The notes below the pieces were generated by a model. It was given only the letters and a program-made list of their open reading frames with translations, did no database searches and was not told the origin of the DNA. A DNA stretch of 57,604 bases, filler included, from Sandaracinaceae bacterium (GTDB lineage Bacteria; Myxococcota_A; Polyangia; Polyangiales; JADJQN01): NCBI GenBank assembly GCA_947483975.1. It is 3 parts of 3 records of this genome, joined end to end, with 100 filler letters (N's around TTAATTAATTAA, not from the genome) between each part and the next. Parts side by side here need not be neighbours in the genome. Positions count along the whole stretch, not along the records: positions 1 to 19,212 come from CANKOL010000058.1; positions 19,313 to 38,449 come from CANKOL010000059.1; 1 more part is not named here. The stretch is one strand, 5' to 3'. Below are positions 9,724 to 19,661 of the stretch, piece by piece (position 1 is the stretch's first letter; each line of letters opens with the position of its first letter). The translations under genes were made by a program, and so were the position numbers.

Positions 9724-10584
9724 TCAGTCGCCGAGCCCTGCGAACGGCGGATCGACGCCGGCGATGGAGCGCCCGATGAACATCGAGCCCGCGGTCAGGT
9801 CGACGTGAAAATGGTCGCGATGGTCGGCGTTGTAGTCGGGCGTCAGCACGATGTTGAAGATGCGCTCGGACCACAGCGAGCACGCGATCTCGTGCAGCAC
9901 TCGGTCTTTGTCGTTCACCGGCGCGCCGGGGCACGTCGGAGCCGCGGTCGAGATCACCCAGTCGGTCGTGACGTCGTAGCTGAGCCCCGTGCCCCGCTGA
10001 TGGAACGCATGAAAGTCGATGGCCTTCGCGTAGGCGTGCATGCTCGGCGTGCAGCCGGTGGCCGGGTCCCCGCCGCCGATGCAGCGGTAGTTGTAGATGC
10101 CGAGGTGCTCGACCTCGTCGATGTCGTAGAGGGCGAGGAGCGTCGCGACCTCGTAGAGGCGCGGGGCGAGCGAGCAGTCCATCAGCATCGGCGTCGCCGT
10201 CGCGCTGGTCGTGTAGCGGAAGGTCACGCCGTTGAACACAGGGCCGACGCGCACCGGGTCGGCGATCCCGAGGGTCGCGCCGACGACCGTCCAGTGGAGC
10301 CCGAGGTAGTCGAGCAGCGCGTGGCAGTCGGTCGGCGGCGGGCCTGCGTCGACGCCCGCGTCGAGGGGCGCGCCGAGGTCCGCCGGGCCTGCGTCGATGG
10401 GCGCGCTCGCGTCGAAGGGAGCCCCCGCATCGGCGACTGGGCCCGCGTCGCGCGGCCCTGCATCCGAGTCGACCGCCGCGTCGAGCGCTGACCGATGGCC
10501 TGGCTCGAGCCGCACTTCGCCGCAGCCGGCGAGCGCCAGCGCGGAGCAAAGAGTGAGCAGCGAAGCGGAGGTTCGCAGAGCCAT
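9724..10584 (-). CDS. Extensin-like C-terminal domain lipoprotein
   Basis: Lipobox LAGC; DAG-rich linker; GIYNYRC, SMHAYAKAIDF and LTPDYNADHRDHFHVDL motifs. Confidence 0.82.
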   Translation of the reverse strand: MALRTSASLLTLCSALALAGCGEVRLEPGHRSALDAAVDSDAGPRDAGPVADAGAPFDASAPIDAGPADLGAPLDAGVDAGPPPTDCHALLDYLGLHWTVVGATLGIADPVRVGPVFNGVTFRYTTSATATPMLMDCSLAPRLYEVATLLALYDIDEVEHLGIYNYRCIGGGDPATGCTPSMHAYAKAIDFHAFHQRGTGLSYDVTTDWVISTAAPTCPGAPVNDKDRVLHEIACSLWSERIFNIVLTPDYNADHRDHFHVDLTAGSMFIGRSIAGVDPPFAGLGD

Positions 10585-10687
10585 GCGCGGACGAGCATCA
10601 CCGAAGCGGCGCTGTACTGCAAGGTGGGCAAGCCTGCGCGACTCGCGCGCGTAACGGCGTGCGCCCCACGACGAACAGGGGAACGCC

Positions 10688-11398
10688 ATGCCGCGCTTCG
10701 TCGTCACGCCCTCACTCTCGGCCGCGCTCGTGCTCTCGTGCGCGCCGCTGATGCTCCTCGCGTCGTGCACCGCGGAGGTCGTGCCGACGACGCCGATCCG
10801 TGTGCGCATCGAGAACGTCGCCGCGGCCGACGCGCTGACGACGTCGACCGGACCGATCGCGTTTCATCTGCCGCCGGGGGCGTGGGCGACGACGAACGGC
10901 GCGTCGCCGCTCTACGCGCTCGGGGAGGCGGACCGCGGCGAGGGCCTCGAAGCGCTCGCGGAGGACGGGGACCCGGTGCCGGTGGCGGAAGCGCTCATCG
11001 CTCGGGGCGAGCAGGCCGGCGTCTTCTCGTACAACGTGGCGACCTACCTCGACGGGGCGATCGCTTCCGGGCAGGCGTTCGTGCTCGATCTCGACGTGCG
11101 CGAGGGTGAGCACCTGCACCTCGCCGCGATGCTCGGTGAGAGCAACGACACGTTCTTCAGCACGGACGCGGCGGGAATTCCCCTATTCAGCGGAGGCGCG
11201 CTCGCGACGGGCGACGCGACCTCGCACTTGCTGCTCGTCGACCTCGGCACGGAGGTGAACCAACCGCTCGGCGAGGGCGCGGATCAAGCGCCGCGACAGA
11301 GCGCTCCGAACACCGGCGCGGTCGAGGGAGGCGTCGCGCGTGAGGTCACGACGCTCTCTGCCGCGTCCTTCGTGCGAGTGACCATCGAGCGCCGTTAG
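10688..11398 (+). CDS. Spondin_N-domain exported protein or lipoprotein
   Basis: Signal peptide ending LASC; GLEALAEDGD, MLGESNDTF and DLGTEVNQ motifs. Confidence 0.8.
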   Translation: MPRFVVTPSLSAALVLSCAPLMLLASCTAEVVPTTPIRVRIENVAAADALTTSTGPIAFHLPPGAWATTNGASPLYALGEADRGEGLEALAEDGDPVPVAEALIARGEQAGVFSYNVATYLDGAIASGQAFVLDLDVREGEHLHLAAMLGESNDTFFSTDAAGIPLFSGGALATGDATSHLLLVDLGTEVNQPLGEGADQAPRQSAPNTGAVEGGVAREVTTLSAASFVRVTIERR

Positions 11399-11489
11399 GA
11401 GCGCGGCAAGCACGCCGACGCGGGAAGTCCCCGGGTCGTGCGTCCGCCGCGCGCGCTGGTTCGGCGCGAGGTCGCCCCCGCCTCCCGCG

Positions 11490-11681
11490 TCAGACCTTGA
11501 TGTTGATCAGATTGCCCGGCATGCCGACCGACGCCATCTGCGGCGGCCCGCCGACCTTCGTGGCCGCCCTCGGGGTCCGCGTGCCGTCGTTGTCGCCATC
11601 GGCGTCCTTCGGCTGCGCAGCCTTGACGACCGCGGGGCGCACGGGATCTGCAGGCGAGGTGACTGGGCGAATGGCGGACAT
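11490..11681 (-). CDS. Small hypothetical protein (63 aa)
   Basis: SD AGGAG before the ATG; MSAIRPV...DADGDNDG...GNLINIKV; good codon bias. Confidence 0.65.
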   Translation of the reverse strand: MSAIRPVTSPADPVRPAVVKAAQPKDADGDNDGTRTPRAATKVGGPPQMASVGMPGNLINIKV

Positions 11682-11811
11682 CGGTAGGCTCCTGAAGTTG
11701 CGGACGGCGAGAGGCAGCACAGTTGCGCTGCCGCACGCTCGCCAGGCCCAAGGCTACGCCATCGGAGCACGTCGAGTCCAGGCGGGTGCCCCCGGTGCGC
11801 GCACGCTCGAG

Positions 11812-14800
11812 TCAGCGGCGGATGTACGAACAGCTCGAGTCTTCGAGGCATTGATGCCCGCTCGGGTCGCTCAAATACGGGATATCCGTGCCGTCGGTGC
11901 CGAGGTAGCGACCGAGCATGTTGAACATATAGACGGCCATATCGAAGCCGAGAGTGTCGTCGTAGATCTTGGAAAAACCGTGAATTCCGACGGGTCGCAC
12001 GTACGGGCTCACGATGCCGGAGGTCGGCTGCCCTGCGGCGTAGGTCCAGACGTCGTCCTCCGCGCTCGTCACCCGCCGCGAGCGCCGCGACCAACGGAGC
12101 GGAGGCGTGACGGTGACGGGCAGCACGCCGCCGAGGTCTGCCGAAAGCTGCGTCGCGCCGTCGCTCGCGAAGGTCGCGCGCCCCTCCGCGAGGTCGTCGA
12201 CGTCGACGAGGAAGCCCTCGCCGCCCGGGACCGGATGGCGCTGCAACCGCGGGAGCGCCTCGATCGCGTGATTCTGCAGGAGCACATCGTTCGGTGAGTC
12301 GAAGCCCGGATGTGCCGCGCGGAAGCTCGCGGGAGCGCGGTAATCGGCGAGGTAGTCGGGCGCGTCGGGCGGCAAGAAGGGCAACACGCCGGCGGCGCGC
12401 GCCATCGCATAGCCCGTCGCGATGACGACGTTCGGGTCACCGTCGGTGTGCGTGATGAGCGCGCTCCTCGGGCGCGCGGGGATGTCGGGCGCGGTGACGG
12501 GGTCGAGGAAGATGCGACCGACGTAGTTGATCGGGTCGCCGCTCTCGAGCCCGATCTGCGCGAGCATCGCGAGGCGCCGGAGCTCGGGAGTCTGTCGGCG
12601 CAGCCCGAAGCCCGCCGCGGGCGAGACGAGCGGGTCGCCGCGCTGCCAGGTCTTGCGCTCGAACTTCGCGCACGAAGGGCACGAGTTGGCGCCGGTGCCG
12701 TTACCCACCTCCCAAGAGTCGATCACGCGATCCGGCGTCCGCGCGCCGCCACGAAAGCTGCACTCGCCGAACTGCGTGGCGGGGCGTACGCCACGATAGA
12801 GTTCGACCGTCCAGCGGTCGCCCGCGTCGGAGGGCACGGGCACGCGGAAGCGCCCGAGTTCGTCGTTCGTCACGCCGCTGCACGCCACCACACCGTTCGC
12901 CGCGTTGCGTACGAAGAGCACATCGTCCGCGCCGAGTCCCGCGACGGGCAAGCACGCGAATTCGGTGCGCACGTGGCTGTCGAGCGCGGTCGCGTGAACC
13001 GCGAGCGAGACGTCGCCGACAGCGCAGCTGCTGTCGCTGCCGCCCGTGCTCGGAGTGCCGACGACGAGCGGGCCCATCATCCGCAGGATCATCGCGGAGA
13101 GCACCGAGCCGTTCTCGGTGCGAATGGCGACGTCGGCGAGCCCTCCCCCGCCGACGACCGGAGTCGAGGCGCTGACCATCGGCTCGACGCCCGCGACGAC
13201 GCCCGCGATGATGCCCCCGAGCGAGCCGCCGGCCATGCCGTAGCTGACGCTCGGGCCGCCGAGATCGGGAGTTCCGTCGCCGTCGAAGTCGCCCGCGACA
13301 TCCACGCTGCCATTGCCGTCGTAGTCGCCGTCGAACGCCATCACCTCGGGCCGCGCGCTCGGCGTCGGCCCGCGGAGCGGCAGCGAGCGCGCGACCGCCA
13401 GACGCCCATCGAACGAGCGCAGCACGCGAAACGCCTGAAGCTCGTCGACGACGGTCTGCCGCACGGAGTCGCGCGTGTGAAAGATGTACGCGGTCCAGAA
13501 GTCCGCGCCGCTGTCGAAGTCCCCGTCTCCGTTGAGGTCGCGCGCTCGCCCGCTGAGGAAGGCGTTGGCCATGCCGAGCAAGCACGCGTGACCGAGCGCC
13601 GTGCGCACCGCGGCGCGCGTCAGCGTGTCGGCGACGAGCCCATGCCCGTGCGCGTTGATGGTGACGAGCGCGTTGCCGTGCTGCATCACGAGGCCACCGT
13701 AGGTGAGCACCTCCGCGGCGTTGCTGCCGTGCCCGTGCATGTACATCACGGGCGCGAACGGCTGCCCGTGCGTCGCGTCCGCCTTCGGGATGTACATCGT
13801 CATCGTGAGCACCTCGCTCGTCACGCGAGCGCGGCCGGTGCGGTAGTCGAGATCGAACGCGTCCTCGAGCTGTTCGTGCTCTGGATCCGAGAAGAAATAA
13901 GGCGAATCGATCAACACCGTGACGACGTGATCGAGCGACGCGTAGCTCGCGACGAGCTTCTCGGTCGCCTCCGGAGAGAGCCCGAGCGCGCCCGAGGCGA
14001 GCTCGCGAATGCCCGCGCGGAACGAGTCGCCGGGCGCGACGAAGACGCGCTCACCCGGGTCCGGACAGCTCGGTCCGCCCTGCATCGGCAGGGGCACCGC
14101 GTCGGCGGGGAACTGCTCTGCGAAGCGCGCCATCGTGCCGCGCCCGTAGAGCCCTTCGCGGATCGTGTCGAGGTCGCTCGTCACTGACTGCGTCGTGAAC
14201 GTCCAGGCGAAGGCGACGCCGTTCCAGCCGCTCGCAGCGAGCGAGCCATACAGCTCCGGGTGCGCAGCGAAGTTCGCAGGCAAGCGCGCGAGCGCGTCGC
14301 GCTGATGCGCGTGATGCACGTCGTCGAAGGGCGAGCGCACGGGCGCCCCGTCGAGCCCGCGCAGGCGGTCGGTGAGCACGACGGCATAGGTCGTGCGCTG
14401 CTTCAGCGGGACGAGCGGACGCACGATCAACGTGCGAGTCGCGCGCTCGTAGAACCACGCCATTCGATCGTAGGTGTCAGTCGGGCTCGCGCCGAGCCGG
14501 CCATCGAGGGTATTCGGGTGGTCGAGCACACCGTCGTAGTCGGCGTCTTCGCCCGGGTCGAGCGTGCCATTGCCATTGGCGTCCTCTTCCACGGTCTCGA
14601 AGAGCAGATTCGACTCCGTGCTGCGCGGGTCGTTCTCGAAGTACTGGTCTGTGTGGACGACGCCGTAGGGGAAATTGCCGCTGTTGAGATCGAGCGGCAC
14701 CGGCAGCCCCGTCTCTAGATCGATGAGATAGACCGCGTGATTTGGGAAGTCGCGCTCGTGAAAATGATCGGGGCCGCCTTGCCGCGCGAGCAGGTCCGCG

Positions 14801-15126
14801 ACGTCGAGGTCCGCGTCGAACGCGACCGAGATCGGCGCGAACGTCCCCCAGCCGTCGAGCTGATCGAAGAGCTCCCGAGTGCGTCGCTCGAGGTTCGTCG
14901 GGACGGCCATGCTCGCGTTGATGCGGCGGCCCGTCGGCGACGTCGGATCGGGCCAAGTCGCCACGTCGTTTGGCATCGGGATGACGGGCATCGACTCGGC
15001 GTCGAGGTCCCAGGTGACGCGGGGACCCGAGCCGTCGGGGGTGGCGCGCCAGCCGCTCGGGAGGCCGCCGCCGTCACACGCGACGAGGAGCAGAAGAGTC
15101 GAGGCCAGGGCCGGTCGGAGGCGCAT
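11812..15126 (-). CDS. Large alpha/beta-hydrolase (lipase-like) lipoprotein
   Basis: Lipobox LVAC; PMPND and LDGWGTFAPI N-terminal domain; YMHGHGS oxyanion segment; GGSLGG nucleophile elbow; DxDxDG Ca-binding loops. Confidence 0.8.
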   Translation of the reverse strand: MRLRPALASTLLLLVACDGGGLPSGWRATPDGSGPRVTWDLDAESMPVIPMPNDVATWPDPTSPTGRRINASMAVPTNLERRTRELFDQLDGWGTFAPISVAFDADLDVADLLARQGGPDHFHERDFPNHAVYLIDLETGLPVPLDLNSGNFPYGVVHTDQYFENDPRSTESNLLFETVEEDANGNGTLDPGEDADYDGVLDHPNTLDGRLGASPTDTYDRMAWFYERATRTLIVRPLVPLKQRTTYAVVLTDRLRGLDGAPVRSPFDDVHHAHQRDALARLPANFAAHPELYGSLAASGWNGVAFAWTFTTQSVTSDLDTIREGLYGRGTMARFAEQFPADAVPLPMQGGPSCPDPGERVFVAPGDSFRAGIRELASGALGLSPEATEKLVASYASLDHVVTVLIDSPYFFSDPEHEQLEDAFDLDYRTGRARVTSEVLTMTMYIPKADATHGQPFAPVMYMHGHGSNAAEVLTYGGLVMQHGNALVTINAHGHGLVADTLTRAAVRTALGHACLLGMANAFLSGRARDLNGDGDFDSGADFWTAYIFHTRDSVRQTVVDELQAFRVLRSFDGRLAVARSLPLRGPTPSARPEVMAFDGDYDGNGSVDVAGDFDGDGTPDLGGPSVSYGMAGGSLGGIIAGVVAGVEPMVSASTPVVGGGGLADVAIRTENGSVLSAMILRMMGPLVVGTPSTGGSDSSCAVGDVSLAVHATALDSHVRTEFACLPVAGLGADDVLFVRNAANGVVACSGVTNDELGRFRVPVPSDAGDRWTVELYRGVRPATQFGECSFRGGARTPDRVIDSWEVGNGTGANSCPSCAKFERKTWQRGDPLVSPAAGFGLRRQTPELRRLAMLAQIGLESGDPINYVGRIFLDPVTAPDIPARPRSALITHTDGDPNVVIATGYAMARAAGVLPFLPPDAPDYLADYRAPASFRAAHPGFDSPNDVLLQNHAIEALPRLQRHPVPGGEGFLVDVDDLAEGRATFASDGATQLSADLGGVLPVTVTPPLRWSRRSRRVTSAEDDVWTYAAGQPTSGIVSPYVRPVGIHGFSKIYDDTLGFDMAVYMFNMLGRYLGTDGTDIPYLSDPSGHQCLEDSSCSYIRR

Positions 15127-15231
15127 CTTGAGTCTGGGCGCCCGGGGGAAAATGGCCCTGCCGCGCGAGGGGGAGAGTAACATCGGCGCCGCGCGGAGAG
15201 CGTCGCCAAGACGCGCCGGTCGGAGAACGAA

Positions 15232-16722
15232 ATGGACCGCGTCTCACTCACGCTCACGCTCGCACTCCTCGCCTCGGGGCTGACGTCCTCCGCCGCGGCG
15301 CAGGCTGCGCCGCAGGAACCGGGGACGCCGACCGCGTACTTCACCCTCGGCGGCGAATACGAGCTACGAGTCGACGCGATGAGCGAGGTGCCGCTGCGCC
15401 CGCTGCCCGGCGCGGGCGCGACGCTCGGGCAGACGATGTGGGGAGAGCAGTGGCTGCGGCTGCGCGCCGACCTGCAGCTCGCGCGCGGGCTGCACGTCTA
15501 CGCGCAGGGGGACGCGCTCCACGGGGTGGCGTTCGGAGAGCTCGCGACGGGGGTCGGCCCGGAGGCACGGCGGCGCGACGAGTACGCCTATCCGGGGCTG
15601 CGCTTTCGGCACCTCTACCTCGAGTGGAAGAGCGAGGTCGGGCTGCTGCGCGTGGGACAGATGGGCTTCTCTTGGGGGCTCGGCATGGTCGCCAACGACG
15701 GAGACACGCCGCCAGTGTTCGGCGACTACCAGCATGGCGACGTCGTGCGGCGCGCGATGTTCGCCGTGCAGCCTGCGGGCAAACGCGTGCCGTTCGTGGT
15801 CGCGTTCGCGTCGGACTGGGTCGTGTCGGATCTGCTCGCTGAGTACGAGCGCCGCGACGAGCGCGCGTTTCAGGGCGTGCTCGCGGCGTACTACGGCAGC
15901 GAAGAGAATCGCGTCGGCGCGTACGGCGCCTATCGATGGCAGGAGAACGCGCTCAACGACAAGCTGACGGCGACGTTCGTCGACGTGTTCGCGCGCTGGG
16001 GCGGCACGCTCGACGGGGCGCGCTACTACGCCGCTGCCGAGGGCGCCTACGCGCGCGGCAGCACGACCTATGCGCGCACGACCGAGCGCGCCGAGCAAGG
16101 CCTCGAGCAGCTGCTCGGCATCGTGCAGCTCGGACGCACCGCGCCGAAGCTCGACGTCGTGCTCGAGGCTGGCTACGCGTCGGGCGACTCGAACGGCGAG
16201 GACGCGATTCAGCGGCGCGGCACGATCGACCCGGACCATCGCGTCGGGCTCGTGCTCTTCCCCGAGGTGCTCTCGGCGTTCACCGCGCGCTCTGCGGCCC
16301 TCTCGCAGGACCCGAGCGTCGCCGCACGCCCGGCGCGCGGCAGCGAGCTACTGCCGACGAACGGCGGCGTCTCGGGCGCGGCGTACGTCTTCCCTTACGC
16401 GCTCTGGCGCCCGCTCGGCTGGCTCGAGGCGCGCCTCGGCGGCGTGCTCGCCGTCACCACCGCGGACTTCGTCGATCCGTACGCGCAGCGCGCGCTGTCA
16501 CGCTCGCAGAATTTCCTCGGTGGCCCAGCGAGCTCGCGGATGCTCGGCGTCGAGCTCGACGGCGCCGTGCTCGCGCACCGCACGCTGACCGACGGGCTCG
16601 TGCTCTCGGGCGGGCTCGAGGGCGGCGTGCTCTTCCCGGGCGGCGCCTTCGAGAACGCGGACGGCGAGACGCTCGGCCCGCTCGGGCTCGTGCGGCTCCG
16701 CGTCGGCCTGCGCTACCGCTGA
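15232..16722 (+). CDS. Putative outer-membrane beta-barrel protein
   Basis: Signal peptide; amphipathic strands; GLLRVGQMGFSWGLG and EAGYASGD motifs; C-terminal LRVGLRYR. Confidence 0.75.
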   Translation: MDRVSLTLTLALLASGLTSSAAAQAAPQEPGTPTAYFTLGGEYELRVDAMSEVPLRPLPGAGATLGQTMWGEQWLRLRADLQLARGLHVYAQGDALHGVAFGELATGVGPEARRRDEYAYPGLRFRHLYLEWKSEVGLLRVGQMGFSWGLGMVANDGDTPPVFGDYQHGDVVRRAMFAVQPAGKRVPFVVAFASDWVVSDLLAEYERRDERAFQGVLAAYYGSEENRVGAYGAYRWQENALNDKLTATFVDVFARWGGTLDGARYYAAAEGAYARGSTTYARTTERAEQGLEQLLGIVQLGRTAPKLDVVLEAGYASGDSNGEDAIQRRGTIDPDHRVGLVLFPEVLSAFTARSAALSQDPSVAARPARGSELLPTNGGVSGAAYVFPYALWRPLGWLEARLGGVLAVTTADFVDPYAQRALSRSQNFLGGPASSRMLGVELDGAVLAHRTLTDGLVLSGGLEGGVLFPGGAFENADGETLGPLGLVRLRVGLRYR

Positions 16723-17438
16723 GCGCCGCGCGACAGGATGAGCGTCCGCTCGCGCGCGGCGCGCTCCTCCCAGCTCGACGCGGGGAGCTCTCCCTCGAGG
16801 CTCGGACAGAGCTCTGCGATCGGGCACTCGGCGCAGCGGGGCTTGCGCGCGAGGCACACGTAGCGTCCGTGCAGCACGAGCCGATGACTCGTGTCGGTCC
16901 ACTCTTCTTTCGGAAAGACCGCCATCAGGTCGCGCTCCACTTTCTCCGGGTCGTCGTGCTCGCTCAGCTCGAGGCGGCGCGCGACGCGGCCGACGTGCGT
17001 GTCGACGGCGATGCCGAAGGCGATGCGATACGCGTTGCCGAGCACGACGTTGGCGGTCTTGCGCGCGACGCCGGGCAAGGACGTCAGCTCCTCGACGGTG
17101 CGCGGGACCTCTCCACCGAAGCGCTCCGCGATCAGCGCGGCGGCGCCGCGGATCGCCTTCGCTTTGTTGCGGAAGAAGCCGCTCTGCCGCACCGCCTCCT
17201 CGACCTCCTCTTGCGACGCGGCGGCGAGCGCGGCGGGCGTCGGCCAGCGTGCGAAGAGCGCGGGCGTGAGCTTGTTGATCATCTTGTCTGTGCTCTGCGC
17301 GCTCAAGATCGTCGCGACGAGCAGCTGCCAAGGATTCTCGAAGTCGAGCTCGCAGGGCGGCTTCGGGAGCATCGTCGAGAGGCGCGCGTGGACGTCCTTC
17401 GCGCGCTGAGCCTGCTTGGTCACCTTGGCTTTGGGCAT
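16713..17438 (-). CDS. nth: Endonuclease III
   Basis: QLLVATILSAQSTD, HhH motif LPGVARKTANVV, VDTHV and the 4Fe-4S motif C-x6-C-x2-C-x5-C. Confidence 0.97.
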   Translation of the reverse strand: MPKAKVTKQAQRAKDVHARLSTMLPKPPCELDFENPWQLLVATILSAQSTDKMINKLTPALFARWPTPAALAAASQEEVEEAVRQSGFFRNKAKAIRGAAALIAERFGGEVPRTVEELTSLPGVARKTANVVLGNAYRIAFGIAVDTHVGRVARRLELSEHDDPEKVERDLMAVFPKEEWTDTSHRLVLHGRYVCLARKPRCAECPIAELCPSLEGELPASSWEERAARERTLILSRGAQR

Positions 17439-17505
17439 CGCGGGCAAGCTACACAGGATCGCGCTGGGTGGCCATGCGGACGCGGAGCGACTAGCTTCCG
17501 GCCCC

Positions 17506-18501
17506 GTGAGCGTCCTCCTCTTCATTCCCTGGTTCCGCGCCGAAGCGTGGATGATCCCCTTGCCGGGCGGCCACCACCTCCCGATCCAGCCGTTCGGGTT
17601 GCTCGTCGCGACGGGTGTGATGGTCGGCTATCGCCTCGGTGAGCGCCGCGCGAAGCAGGTCGGCCTCGACCCGCTCGTCTACGCGGACCTCGTCGCGCAC
17701 ATCCTCGTCGGCGGCTTCGTCGCGGGGCACGTGCTCGACGCCTTCGCCTACCACCCGGACCAGGTCGCGGACGACTATCACCAGATCGTCAACGGCACTT
17801 TCTGGCGGTACGCCGAGGACGGCATTCGCTTCCCCTACACGCTCAAGCTCTGGGCGGGGCTCTCGTCCTTCGGCGGCTTCACCGGCGCGACGATCGGCGC
17901 CCTCGTGTGGAAGTTCCGCCGCAAGGTGCCGCTGATCGCCGTGACCGACGTCGTGATGTGGGCGTTTCCGTTCGGCTGGATCTTCGGCCGAACCGGCTGC
18001 TTCGTCGTCCACGATCACCCGGGCGTCGTCACCAATTTCTTCCTCGCCGTCGCGGACTACCAGGTCGGCTACCCGCCCTATCAGCCGCGCCACGATCTCG
18101 GTCTCTACGAGGTGCTCTGGTGCGCCGCTGTGCTGCCGGTGCTCTGGTGGCTGCAGTACAAGAAGCTGCCGCGCGGTTTCTTCCTCGCGGTGATTCCGAC
18201 CGTCTACGCGCCGGTGCGCTTCGGCTTCGACTTCCTGCGCGCGAGCCCGGCGGAGCTAGGCGACCACGCCGACCCGCGCTACTTCGGGCTGACGCCGGCG
18301 CACTACGCGTCGCTCGCGCTGTTCATGGTCGGCCTCGCGCTGTGCTGGCGCGTCTTCAAGGGAGCGCCGATCGAGCTTCCCGAGTACGCGCGCTGGACTC
18401 CCGAGAAGGAGGCGGCGTTGGTCGCGCTCGCGAAGAAGCAAGCCGGGACGACGGGCACCAAGCCCGACGCCGACAAGCCCACCAAGAAGCCGAAGCGATA
18501 G
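17506..18501 (+). CDS. lgt: Prolipoprotein diacylglyceryl transferase family protein
   Basis: Multiple TM helices; GLSSFGGF, FGRTGCFVVHDHPG, RHDLGLYE and RFGFDFLR motifs; start placed at the GTG at 17506. Confidence 0.85.
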   Translation: MSVLLFIPWFRAEAWMIPLPGGHHLPIQPFGLLVATGVMVGYRLGERRAKQVGLDPLVYADLVAHILVGGFVAGHVLDAFAYHPDQVADDYHQIVNGTFWRYAEDGIRFPYTLKLWAGLSSFGGFTGATIGALVWKFRRKVPLIAVTDVVMWAFPFGWIFGRTGCFVVHDHPGVVTNFFLAVADYQVGYPPYQPRHDLGLYEVLWCAAVLPVLWWLQYKKLPRGFFLAVIPTVYAPVRFGFDFLRASPAELGDHADPRYFGLTPAHYASLALFMVGLALCWRVFKGAPIELPEYARWTPEKEAALVALAKKQAGTTGTKPDADKPTKKPKR

Positions 18502-18547
18502 GCGCCGCGCCTCGACCGACTGACGCGCTCCCGTACACTAGGGAGCG

Positions 18548-19212
18548 ATGTCGCAAGCGGTCGCGGCACTGTCGGTGAGCACGCGAGAACGCGCGACGCG
18601 CTTCCCCGGCTGGGTCGGCATCGCGCTCTCGCTGGGCGTGCATCTGTCGGTCGCGCTCATCGCGCTGCGCCTGCCGCCGTCGCCGTTTCGCGCGCCGCGC
18701 GGCTTCGAGGTCACGCTCGCGGTGACGGGCGCGCTGCCGCGCGAGCCGAGCGTGGACCCGCACGGCGCGCGACCGAGCGACGCCGAGCGACTGATCCCCG
18801 GCGGCGGGCTCTCGGCGCAGAACATCGACGCGCTCGAGCGCGGCGAGGGCGGCGACGGCTTCGGCGCGGCGGCGATCCTGCTCTTCCCCCGCGCGGACGC
18901 GCTCACGCAGCAAGACAGCATCTTGAACGCGGTCGGCGTCGCGCAGATGCAGCGCATTCGCACCGCTGACGATCAAGCGACGCGCGAGGATCGGCGCGCG
19001 ACGCCGCATCCGGGCGAGGTGCCGTTCCTCGCCTCCGGAGAAGGCGCGCATCCTGAGCGCAGGCCCGTCGCGGCGCGCGATCCGAGCGAGGGCGCACGGC
19101 AGGCGCCCGTCGCGTCGCTCGCCGGCGAGGACCTCACGCGCGTCACGCGCGGGAGCACCGAACAGCGCGCGCTCGAGCGCGGCGCCGCGACGAGCGCAGG
19201 CACCGCGAGCCC
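18548..19212 (+). CDS. Single-pass membrane protein, possibly a TonB-like energy transducer; 3'-truncated at the gap
   Basis: N-terminal TM helix with SLGVH (TonB-like SxxxH); runs into the N spacer. Confidence 0.5.
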
Positions 19213-19312
19213 NNNNNNNNNNNNNNNNNNNNNNNNNNNNNNNNNNNNNNNNNNNNTTAATTAATTAANNNNNNNNNNNNNNNNNNNNNNNNNNNNNNNN
19301 NNNNNNNNNNNN
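19213..19312. other. Artificial contig-joining spacer (N44-TTAATTAATTAA-N44)
   Basis: Ns flank a palindromic six-frame stop linker; identical to the spacer at 38450-38549. Confidence 0.97.
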
Positions 19313-19525
19313 GGCGTGCTCAGCGCACGAAAGCGACCCGCGCGGACCGAGCGCCGAGGCGCCGCGGAGCGCACGCTTGGCGTCGGCTTCGGGAGTCTGC
19401 GTCAGCAGCGCCGCGAAACGACCGGCCTCCACGCGCGGTGAGGCGGCTGTGGCGGGCGGGCGTTGCACTGTCACTGGACGTGGGGTGTTCGACGGCAGTT
19501 GCGCGATCGGGCTCGGTGTAGACAT
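19313..19525 (-). CDS. Hypothetical protein, 3'-truncated at the gap
   Basis: ATG preceded by GAGAAGGGG; MSTPSPIAQLP...; open to the contig end. Confidence 0.4.
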
Positions 19526-19661
19526 GGCCCCTTCTCGCGGGGCGGGCTTCCGCAGTTGCGCGAGAGTGTTATGCTCGCGGCTCGTCGGCGGGGCGCTCTC
19601 GCGGCTCGGCACGGGCTCAGAAGAGCAGGCGACACCGAGAGTCTCTGGGAGATCGAGCAGA

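Noticed and set aside
19213..19312. TTAATTAATTAA palindrome within Ns (also at 38450-38549)
   Set aside because: A six-frame-stop contig linker added during assembly, not biological; it also truncates the flanking ORFs.
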